A stretch of 64,000 nucleotides of DNA, taken from assembly GCA_032128875.1 (NCBI GenBank), contig JAVLKG010000003.1:824974-888973 (forward strand), read 5' to 3'. Positions 41,454 to 49,826 of the stretch are shown piece after piece (the stretch's first letter is position 1; each line of letters begins with the position of its first letter). The position numbers and the translations under genes were made by a program. Origin of the DNA: Candidatus Melainabacteria bacterium 17Bon1m. Its GTDB lineage: Bacteria > Cyanobacteriota > Vampirovibrionia > Obscuribacterales > Obscuribacteraceae. The notes below the pieces were generated by a model, which saw nothing but the letters and a program-made list of their open reading frames with translations, was not told where the DNA came from and did not search any database.

Positions 41454-41890
41454 TATTGCTCTTCCGCTTTCAAATACTGCGCGAACCTATCAATTACTTG
41501 CGGTGCGATTAATTTGGCGCCCGCCCACCAGGCTGCGCCTATGAAGACAGGGACTACAAGCACCCGCACTAATGGTGGTAAGAACCAATAGAAGAAACTG
41601 GACATGACGCAGGCAGCGCCTACTGCGATGGTGATTGAAAAACGTTCTATATAGCGCTCCTGCTCCGAGCGCGACAATTGTTGGAACGTCCTGCCCAGCA
41701 AGTTCAGATAATTTCGCCAGATCTTCTGCAGCCCGCCTTTGGAGTCTTTCCAAGCTTGAGTCTCTTGGATGCTGCGCGGTTTGCTTCCGTCCATAGGACG
41801 GCGCGATGAGGGCCTTTCAGCCGGCGGCCAGTTGTCGTCGCCGCCTCCCTCAAAATTTCCTTGGCCGCCTTTGAACTGTTTGACGCTCAT
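41450..41890 (-). CDS. Small two-TM membrane protein
   Basis: RBS GAGGAG; two C-terminal TM helices. Confidence 0.7.
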   Translation of the reverse strand: MSVKQFKGGQGNFEGGGDDNWPPAERPSSRRPMDGSKPRSIQETQAWKDSKGGLQKIWRNYLNLLGRTFQQLSRSEQERYIERFSITIAVGAACVMSSFFYWFLPPLVRVLVVPVFIGAAWWAGAKLIAPQVIDRFAQYLKAEEQY

Positions 41891-41954
41891 CTGCTACTCC
41901 TCGATTCTCCTGTCATTTAACAGTTTATCTAACACTCTCTTTCCCAAAAGTCAG

Positions 41955-43709
41955 CTATTTTGTCGATTTCCCCTTTTTAGGCTGTTTCTTTAGTTTAGCT
42001 AGATTCGCCTCCACTTCCTTGCGCAAGGGGTTAGCGTCGTCGGCTGCTTCCAGAAAGGCTGTCGCATAATCTATTGCTTTATCGGAATCGTCTCGCTCGG
42101 TCTTGGTGAAAATCGAGAATAGCCCGTAATAGGCGGCTGGGTATTGGGGATCGTGAATAAGCGCTTGATTGTAATGATCGATGGCCACTTCCGGAATCTT
42201 CCAGGTCGCGTCCCCTAGTTTGGTCTGTCGCGCCGCCTCATTGCGCTGGCTTTGAATCTTGCTTATACCTTGCTCGGCGCGGCTGGTCACCTCCGAGATC
42301 TCTTTGGCATATGTATAAGCGGTTTCTGCCGAACGCAAATCTCCGTCGTTCAAAGCAAGTTCACCAATGGTGAGCAAATCGTAGGCATCGTCCCTATGAG
42401 TGTTTATAACTTGCGAGAAAATTTCGCGACCTTCTCTGAATCGCTTTTGAGTAAGCGCTTTCTCTGCCTCATTCAGCTGAATGCTTTCTTGTAGAGTCTT
42501 GGCGCCTGGCTTGATCACCTGCGCTTTGACAGACTGCTCGCTGACAATGTTTTGCAGCTTCTCCATCAGCTCCTGCATGCCAGGCGGATACTGCCCTTCG
42601 CGACGGGCCTTGCGGTGATAAACTCGCGCCAGCCCCAGCAAAGCACGAGGATCGTCGGGTTCGGATGAGAGAATTGTGCGGTACTCTGTTTCCGCAACGT
42701 CTAATTTGTCCTGGCGCAGAGCCAGCTCAGCAAGCGCGTTTCGCAATTGCATATCATTGGGAAGAATTTCCAGCGCGTTGTGCATTTCAGCGATAGCAAA
42801 CTCGCCGTCTCCACGCAATGCATAATATTCGCCCATATGTTGATAAGGATCGGGCAAGTGCGGATCTTGTCGGATAGCTTCTTTCCATGATGCGAGTGCC
42901 GCAGGTCCATCGCCCTGTCTTCTATAAATGTCGCCTTCTACAAGACTCCACTCTGCATTGCGCTCTGCTCTAGGAATATTACGCAACTGCATGAAAGCGT
43001 CTTCGTTCTTGCCTTGCGCAAGGAGCACACGCGCTTTTTCCAGGTGCGCCGGATAAAACTTTTTGTCTTCCGCTAATACTTCAGTGACAAGCTGTTCGGC
43101 ATCTTTGTCTCGAGGATCTAAGCGAAGAAGCGCATGAGCCCAGAGAGTTTTGTTGGCATTGTTGGGATTCATCTCTGCCGATTTTTTGAGCGGCTCGACT
43201 GCTCCTTCGGCATCGTCTTGGGCGAGTTTTACAAGACCTAAAGTTTGATGGGCGATAACTGTTTCCGGATTGGCCTTAATAGCGCGTTTGCAGAGAGCTT
43301 CCGAAGCTTCCAAATAGGCATCGCGTTTTGCCGGCGACGCGACCTGGCGAGAGTGAACATAAGATACGAACCCAGCCGCAGCCATCAAATTGATGTTTTC
43401 CGAATACTTGTCCTTTGCGGAACGAAGCAGCTTTTCCGCTTCGATGATCTTTGGCGGCCAGTTCTGTTTTGCCAAAGCTACAGCCAGACCAGCGTGCGCG
43501 TCGCCCGACTCATCGTTTTTGCAAAGCGCACGATAGGATTCTTCGGCCGCTTCAAACTTGCCCTGCAGAAGAAGCTCATCGGCATCAGCAATTGATTTGT
43601 CTTCAGCAAACGATGGTAGGCACGCCGAAAATGAGAGGCAGAGAGACAATGCCACGAGCCCAGCGGTGAGCGATGTTTTGATAGTTGAGGTTTGCCTTTT
43701 GGGGATCAT
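41955..43709 (-). CDS. Exported multi-TPR protein
   Basis: Signal peptide, then continuous TPR-like repeats. Confidence 0.85.
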   Translation of the reverse strand: MIPKRQTSTIKTSLTAGLVALSLCLSFSACLPSFAEDKSIADADELLLQGKFEAAEESYRALCKNDESGDAHAGLAVALAKQNWPPKIIEAEKLLRSAKDKYSENINLMAAAGFVSYVHSRQVASPAKRDAYLEASEALCKRAIKANPETVIAHQTLGLVKLAQDDAEGAVEPLKKSAEMNPNNANKTLWAHALLRLDPRDKDAEQLVTEVLAEDKKFYPAHLEKARVLLAQGKNEDAFMQLRNIPRAERNAEWSLVEGDIYRRQGDGPAALASWKEAIRQDPHLPDPYQHMGEYYALRGDGEFAIAEMHNALEILPNDMQLRNALAELALRQDKLDVAETEYRTILSSEPDDPRALLGLARVYHRKARREGQYPPGMQELMEKLQNIVSEQSVKAQVIKPGAKTLQESIQLNEAEKALTQKRFREGREIFSQVINTHRDDAYDLLTIGELALNDGDLRSAETAYTYAKEISEVTSRAEQGISKIQSQRNEAARQTKLGDATWKIPEVAIDHYNQALIHDPQYPAAYYGLFSIFTKTERDDSDKAIDYATAFLEAADDANPLRKEVEANLAKLKKQPKKGKSTK

Positions 43710-43724
43710 TGCCGTTTTGCCCGT

Positions 43725-45551
43725 CTACTCTTTTTCCACTTCTCTCAGTTTCTTCATGACCTTTTCAATGTCTTTGGCGTCAGCTCCCATCTTCTGCATG
43801 CATTCCACAAGCTTTTTCAACGGCATCACCAAGTGCGGAGCTACCGTTGTCGCTTCTTTCCAACTGGACGCGGCACCTACCCAGTTACCCGCGGCTTCTT
43901 GTTTCTCGGCTTCTGCTTTGAATGGCTGAATCCGTGAAAGATCGACCTGATTCATCGCATCTTTTGCATCTGGGTCTTTTAAATTGAAAGCCATGCGATA
44001 TGCGACAGAAGCTTCATCAAGATTTCCTTTCTTTTCGTTAGCTCGTCCGAGATAGAACCAAGCTCTAGCGTCTTTAGGGTCTTTCTCAATTAAAGCGTCC
44101 GCTTCCTTTTTAGCCCCATCGCTATCATTTGCGGCCATCTTGCTTTCGATAGGAATCAGCCGTCTGGGGTCCAGAATTTTTTCCAGTGGAGCAGTCGCTA
44201 TCGGTGGAACACTCGCTGCAGCGACAGCGCCACCACCTGCGGGGGCGCCAGGTTTGGCTCCAGCGGCACCCGCTACAGCCCCCGCTCCAGCTATTGCTGG
44301 CGCCGGTCCGCCACCCAGGCGGCTTATGCCTTGAAGCAAATCGGGATGTACATGTGGATTGATTGATGCGGCTGCTTGATACGCTTTAAGCGCAGTCGCT
44401 TTGTCGCCTTGCTGCTCCTTACCCCTGCCGTATATGAAGAGCATTTCCGCATCTTGGTTGTTTTGACGAAGGATGTCTTCGGCTTTTTGCAAAGATGTAG
44501 CCAGCACTGCCGGCGGTGTCGCAGGGTTCATGACCACGGCCAGATGATAAGAACGGCGAGCCTTGGCCAGCTGAGGCGAATTAGGGTTTTTCTTCCAGCA
44601 TTCTTCGAATTCCATTTTTGCGTGTTCGAAGTCGCCTGATAATTGATAGGCACCGGCCAACATCAAATGGTTGTCGAATGAACCATTGATGGAGACAGCT
44701 TCACGAGCGACTTCTTTAAGTCCTTGTATGGCGTCCGAATAGGCCGGATTCAACGTAACTGCACGGCGATATGAAACAGCAGCATTCTGAAGACGCTTCA
44801 AGCCTGTCTGACGGTCACCTCTGTCGCGCGCTACTTTTGCGTATCGCCAAAGGGTGTCGCCCAACATCGTATGGCACTTAGCCTGTTCAATCTTGTCCTT
44901 CCAGGGTTTGTTGATGGCAATCTTCAGTTCTTCAAATGCAGCTACGTCTTGTCCGTCCTTTAGAAGAGAGCGGGCTAAATCGGCGTGGCTTGTGCCATCG
45001 TCAGTCATACGGCAAACTTTTCTGTATTCGACTTGTGCCGTGCGGAAACGTCCTTCTGTTTCGGCAGTTTCTGCTATCTGGTGGCGAACATTCGGGTCAT
45101 CGGCGTTTTTCCCGGATGCACGCAAGCACTCATCAAGGTTTCTGTCCGCCACTGCGTTGGCGGGGTCGGCGAATAGAGCCTTTCTATACTGGACCATTGC
45201 TTCGTAGTATTTTTTCTTCGATGCGAGCATATCGCCATAACGAAGACAGGCACCAGATAAATTGATTTTGAATTGTTCGTTATAAGGATCGCCTTCAAGC
45301 GCAATCTCGTGCTCGCGTATGGCATCAGCCCAGAGATTCTTGCTCCCCAGCTCAACTGCACGGTTGTTGTGCTCGAGCGGGTTTGTCGGGTTCGGCGTTG
45401 ACAGCATCACTCCGCCACCGCCGCCTCCTCCTGACGGAGCCGCACGTCGAGCGCCTTTAGCTAGACATTCGGGTTGGGCCCATATATAGGAAAGCGAAAG
45501 AGACAAACACAGAACGGCCGCAAGTTGCTTCTTGGAGCAGCTCAGGCTCAT
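43725..45551 (-). CDS. Exported multi-TPR protein (start approximate)
   Basis: Signal peptide, TPRs, Gly/Ala/Pro linker, further TPRs. Confidence 0.85.
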   Translation of the reverse strand: MSLSCSKKQLAAVLCLSLSLSYIWAQPECLAKGARRAAPSGGGGGGGVMLSTPNPTNPLEHNNRAVELGSKNLWADAIREHEIALEGDPYNEQFKINLSGACLRYGDMLASKKKYYEAMVQYRKALFADPANAVADRNLDECLRASGKNADDPNVRHQIAETAETEGRFRTAQVEYRKVCRMTDDGTSHADLARSLLKDGQDVAAFEELKIAINKPWKDKIEQAKCHTMLGDTLWRYAKVARDRGDRQTGLKRLQNAAVSYRRAVTLNPAYSDAIQGLKEVAREAVSINGSFDNHLMLAGAYQLSGDFEHAKMEFEECWKKNPNSPQLAKARRSYHLAVVMNPATPPAVLATSLQKAEDILRQNNQDAEMLFIYGRGKEQQGDKATALKAYQAAASINPHVHPDLLQGISRLGGGPAPAIAGAGAVAGAAGAKPGAPAGGGAVAAASVPPIATAPLEKILDPRRLIPIESKMAANDSDGAKKEADALIEKDPKDARAWFYLGRANEKKGNLDEASVAYRMAFNLKDPDAKDAMNQVDLSRIQPFKAEAEKQEAAGNWVGAASSWKEATTVAPHLVMPLKKLVECMQKMGADAKDIEKVMKKLREVEKE

Positions 45552-45860
45552 GGTTTCGCGCGATTGTCTCGGGGATGAATTGAATTTCAATGAACGAATA
45601 TAAAAGGACATGTCTTTTGTTGATGCTAAATTCGGAAGTTGATGTTAGTTTGTGCCTACATCCCTTCAGGATGTTTGTTCCTTGCTGGACCTGGCTTTAT
45701 TCAAATTCGGGCTGGTAAGTCGTTACTAAATCCGTCTTTTCTTTGATTTCCCGGTAGCGCTCTTATAAGTGCGCATTATTACCCGGATTTCATTTTAGCG
45801 ATGGTTGTATATTTGGCACAATTTTTTTTGTTGGCAAGAGGCTTTTCCCTGATGCCCGAA

Positions 45861-45884
45861 AAAGTGTTGTCTAGACAACACTTT
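45861..45884. promoter_or_regulatory. Perfect 24-bp palindrome AAAGTGTTGTCTAGACAACACTTT, candidate operator
   Basis: Exact self-complementarity; in a divergent intergenic region about 25 bp upstream of a TTGACA hexamer (45909-45914). Confidence 0.65.
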
Positions 45885-46165
45885 CCCCCACCAGAGCGAA
45901 GTTTGTTATTGACAATGGTGCCCCAAACAATTAAAAATTAGTCATTTCGCAGGCATTTTTGCCCAATTTCGCCCCGATTCACTAAAGGGAGATTAATTCG
46001 CTTTTATTCTGTTAGTATGAAACCAAGATCACATATATAGCCTCTAAGTATTTTGGTATCTCTTTTTTGTTATTTGGCGTTTTCTTACTAGGCAAAAGAG
46101 GCATGTGTTCAGAGAGGGCTCGTAGAGCCCGAGATAGATATCTCCCTTGGGAGGGATATTTAGTA

Positions 46166-47041
46166 ATGACAAAGCCTGCGCCACTTTTGGCAGCATTTAT
46201 CGTTTTGGGGCTTACGGTTCCAATGGCATACGCTCAGCTTCCGCAGACGAATATGGGCAAGTACGTCCACAAGCCGGGCGACAACCAGTATGACAAAGCC
46301 GCGCAATCAGAGCGGCATCCACCGCCCCCACCTCCCGTGACTCGATTCGCGACAAGCGGCGGAGGAGGCGGAGGTTACATGTACCGCCCAAAACCAAAAC
46401 CACGTAAGCCAGACCCTTCAATAGAACCAATCGCCTCAGACGAGCCTGTGCCGCCTGCGGGCTTTCCAGTTTTACCGGAAAGATTGGAATTGCCCATCGC
46501 TATGGGTAGCTGGGGAGGAGCTGGAGGCGGCGGTGGTGGCGGCGGCTCCTGGAGCGGCGCCCCTCAAGGCGGCGGTGCCAGCGACGACGGACCGCCCAGA
46601 ATGCTTTCTAAGAAGCAAGGCTACGGGCACTTCGAGCCTGGCGCTTTCATTCCGAAGAATCATAAGTCCGGATACTACAAGTGCAACGAGGTGACTCCTC
46701 CGCACAAGCAAGTCTCCGACCAGATCATGACCGGCAACGGTGGTGGCGGAGCTGTACCTGGTTTGGGTGGACCGCCCAGCCCGGCAGGAGCTCTTAAATC
46801 GTTGGGCAGAGAGCCCAAGTTGAACGATCGCGAAGATGGCGCCACTGCTCCGGATGCTCCGCAGCCGGTGGTGATCAATCAGTCGACGACACAAGACCTT
46901 TCACTTCCTGAGGATGATTTCTCAGGCAGCTCGGCAAAACGTCCGAGCAAGGTTGGCAGAAAAATGAGGCAGGTAGGTCGAAGAGTTGTTTCTCCAATCA
47001 ACTCGGCATCACGCAGATTTACCGGAATAAGTTTGTTCTAG
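46166..47041 (+). CDS. Exported Gly/Pro-rich hypothetical protein
   Basis: RBS GGAGGG, signal peptide ending AYA-Q, low complexity. Confidence 0.75.
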   Translation: MTKPAPLLAAFIVLGLTVPMAYAQLPQTNMGKYVHKPGDNQYDKAAQSERHPPPPPPVTRFATSGGGGGGYMYRPKPKPRKPDPSIEPIASDEPVPPAGFPVLPERLELPIAMGSWGGAGGGGGGGGSWSGAPQGGGASDDGPPRMLSKKQGYGHFEPGAFIPKNHKSGYYKCNEVTPPHKQVSDQIMTGNGGGGAVPGLGGPPSPAGALKSLGREPKLNDREDGATAPDAPQPVVINQSTTQDLSLPEDDFSGSSAKRPSKVGRKMRQVGRRVVSPINSASRRFTGISLF

Positions 47042-47060
47042 GTTTTTCCAGATACTAATC

Positions 47061-47083
47061 GGCTGCCGGAAGTCCGGACAGCC
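47061..47083 (+). other. Intergenic hairpin
   Basis: GGCTG-CCGGA-AG-TCCGG-A-CAGCC; no U-tract. Confidence 0.4.
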
Positions 47084-47110
47084 AATGGCTCGGGGGAAGG
47101 AGTTCTCAAA

Positions 47111-47797
47111 ATGGCTAAGTTAGTAAAAACAATGAGCTTGATAGTGGCAGCCAGTGCGTCCGTGGCTGTTTGCGCTGCACCATCAATGGCACAGGGTTTC
47201 AAAATCGATCAAAGAAAGCTGGACAAGACCACTTTCTACAGCGCGCCAAGACAAATGCAAATCTTGGACGAACGCCCGATCATCAAAGATTTCCGTGAAG
47301 CACCACAAGCCCAGCAGCAAATTGAGTTGCCACCTGGACCTCAAGGTTATGGTGGTGGCGGCGGCGGTGGCGCCGGCGCATTGCAAGGCGGCGGACCCGG
47401 CGGCGGACCGAATGGCGGTCCATTGCAAATGGGTGGACCAAGCGTGCAACCCAGAACCAGCAACGGCATGATGCCCAATATGGGTAGCTTGCCTAAAACA
47501 GGTTTTGGTCAGACAAATATTCCGGCACGCGGCATGGGACCGAAAGGACCTTTGGCAGATGCAACCAGCACCAACCGTTTGATGGGCAAAATGATGACTC
47601 CGCCCAAATCTCAAGGTGCTTCCGCCGGACCGGCTCGCGGCATGGCGCCGACGAAAGGACCGTCCAACGGTAATTATGCAGGACCGGCTGTTTCGTCCTA
47701 CAGCGGCGGATACGGCAATGGCTCGGGCGCCGGATTCGGCGGCAGCTCGTCCCGCACGGATACATCGGTTAGAGGAAGTCTTTTGAAGAGAAACTAA
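47111..47797 (+). CDS. Exported Gly/Pro/Met-rich hypothetical protein
   Basis: RBS AAGGAG, signal peptide ending SMA-Q. Confidence 0.75.
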   Translation: MAKLVKTMSLIVAASASVAVCAAPSMAQGFKIDQRKLDKTTFYSAPRQMQILDERPIIKDFREAPQAQQQIELPPGPQGYGGGGGGGAGALQGGGPGGGPNGGPLQMGGPSVQPRTSNGMMPNMGSLPKTGFGQTNIPARGMGPKGPLADATSTNRLMGKMMTPPKSQGASAGPARGMAPTKGPSNGNYAGPAVSSYSGGYGNGSGAGFGGSSSRTDTSVRGSLLKRN

Positions 47798-47833
47798 TAC
47801 ACTCACAAGCTAGAAAGCGCACACCACCCCCTT

Positions 47834-49822
47834 ATGCAACACACCCAAACAATTTCCAAATTCGCAGCGCTTGCCCTGACGCTGGCTTTGACTGGCTGTG
47901 CCAGACAAGAAGCCGGCAGCGGCGGCGCCTCTGCGCAAGGAATTGAGCAAGTGCAGGGACAAGGGATTTTGAACGCTTTGAGACCGAAAGCGGATCCCTC
48001 GATGGTGGAGCGTATTCGCCAGGAAGACGCAAACAGAATGCAGCAGGCGGCCCTCGCCCAGCAGCAGATGAACCAGCAAATGTCCGAGACTGACGGTTCC
48101 GGAAGGATCCTTCCTAAAGTCTCGATGGAGCCCATTGCTCCCCCGGCTGAAGAAGTTGCCTCAGCCGGTGCGGGCATGAGTGTGTCGGCTGATTCCGGTG
48201 CTTACACACCAAGCACTTCCGGCGCCGTTCCTCAAGCAGCAGGCATGACAGCGACTCCGGCTACTGCCAGCTATGGCAGCTACCAGGCATCGCAAGTGCC
48301 CGCTCCTCCGTCCGGTGCTCTCGGCGGCGGATTGGTTCCGCCACCACCAGCAGTGACGCTATCAACGACGGCGCAGACGACAGTCGCTAGCAACCCTGGT
48401 GCAGATCCGAATAATCCGTACGGAAATCCATATGGCAATCCGTATGCCAATCCATACGGCAACCCTTATGCCAATCCGTATATGAACCCATACGGTATAC
48501 AGTATCCGCAGCAGCAAGCGCAGCCCGCTGGTGACGGCGCCCCTCAAAGACCGGCTTTGTTTGGGTCTGGTAAGCGCACGCCGCGCGAAGAGTCTGAAGA
48601 AGATCCGGGCGCTCGCGAAAAAGCCAAGAAATTCGCCAATTTCGTGCCGATCACGCCGACCGGCATGGAAGCTCGCTCTCCTTACAAACAAAGAGACGAC
48701 TTGAGAGTGCTCTGGAAAGGTGCCATCGGCTCTGGAAGCTTGGGTGCCTGGTCTCAGAAAGACCCTAACATCGCCGCCTCTCTATCTCGTATCGATGTCG
48801 GACTGCCTGGTGAGTCGACCAAAGGTTCTTTCAGCGTCGGACCAAGACAAGTAGATGCAGTGTTCAAGCGGGTTTTCGTTGATAAGAGAATACAGCCTCA
48901 GCTGGTAAAAACTCAAAACGAAATGGTCCAGAGCTACTACCGTTATCTGTATTCATATAACCGATTTGCATTGTCTCAACAGACTGTAGCAGCAAGAAAA
49001 CAGGAAGTTGAAGTTGCCTCGTCGCACGCCGAACAACAAAGAGCGGCAGCCGATCTATCTCAAGCACAAAGTGAAGCAGACTCTTCAAAAGAAGACATGC
49101 GCTCGGCTCAGTTGGAGCTCGCTGCCGTAGCTGGTCCTCAAGCAGCTCGTGCAGTAATTCAAAAAGTGTCAGGTGTTTCGCCCACTATCGAATCGCTGGC
49201 TCAAGCCATGCCGGCACCGGAAGCCGCTCCGCAAGGTGGCGGATTCAATGTGCTTGGTTCGATGGGCAGCCTCTTTGGTTTCAACAAGAAAAAAGCGGAA
49301 GAAGGACAAGCTCCTGAGCCGGTCAAAGCCGCCAAACCAGATGAAGGCAAGAAAGAGAAAAACGCCGGCAAAACCAAAGAGAAAGAAACTAAAACCAAGA
49401 CAGCAAGCAAAGAAACCAAGCCCAAGAAAGGCGGCAAAGCCGAAGTAGCCCAAGGCGACCTCGAGCCTGCACCGTCCAAAGGTGAGTCACCCAGCGCCGC
49501 AGCACAGGCAGAAGCTCCGGCAGCATCGGACGGCATCTCCTTTGAACTCAAAGGCAAAAATATCAGCGCGCGCAAGAGCGTGCTAAATGTTTCTATTCGC
49601 AACTCGTCTGACAATGCTTTCAGCTTCAGCCCCGACGATATCTCCGTCCAGGAGGGCAATCAGAAGCTTTCGGAAGCAGCGATGCGCGCCGAATTCGACT
49701 CCACCAGCATTGCGCCAAATGGGGAAGTCAAAGGCACCATCACGATTTTCGGTAGACCCTGGAATGACAGGTTGACCATATCACTGTCAGACGGACAACG
49801 GAGCATCCATATGAAACGTTGA
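47834..49822 (+). CDS. Lipoprotein with NPY(G/A) repeats, TolC/OEP-like helical segment and C-terminal Ig-like domain
   Basis: Lipobox LTGC; segment VQSYYRYLYSYNRFALSQQTVAARKQEVEVA; C-terminal LNVSIRN...FSFSP...IAPNGEVKGTITI. Confidence 0.65.
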   Translation: MQHTQTISKFAALALTLALTGCARQEAGSGGASAQGIEQVQGQGILNALRPKADPSMVERIRQEDANRMQQAALAQQQMNQQMSETDGSGRILPKVSMEPIAPPAEEVASAGAGMSVSADSGAYTPSTSGAVPQAAGMTATPATASYGSYQASQVPAPPSGALGGGLVPPPPAVTLSTTAQTTVASNPGADPNNPYGNPYGNPYANPYGNPYANPYMNPYGIQYPQQQAQPAGDGAPQRPALFGSGKRTPREESEEDPGAREKAKKFANFVPITPTGMEARSPYKQRDDLRVLWKGAIGSGSLGAWSQKDPNIAASLSRIDVGLPGESTKGSFSVGPRQVDAVFKRVFVDKRIQPQLVKTQNEMVQSYYRYLYSYNRFALSQQTVAARKQEVEVASSHAEQQRAAADLSQAQSEADSSKEDMRSAQLELAAVAGPQAARAVIQKVSGVSPTIESLAQAMPAPEAAPQGGGFNVLGSMGSLFGFNKKKAEEGQAPEPVKAAKPDEGKKEKNAGKTKEKETKTKTASKETKPKKGGKAEVAQGDLEPAPSKGESPSAAAQAEAPAASDGISFELKGKNISARKSVLNVSIRNSSDNAFSFSPDDISVQEGNQKLSEAAMRAEFDSTSIAPNGEVKGTITIFGRPWNDRLTISLSDGQRSIHMKR

Positions 49823-49826
49823 CCCG

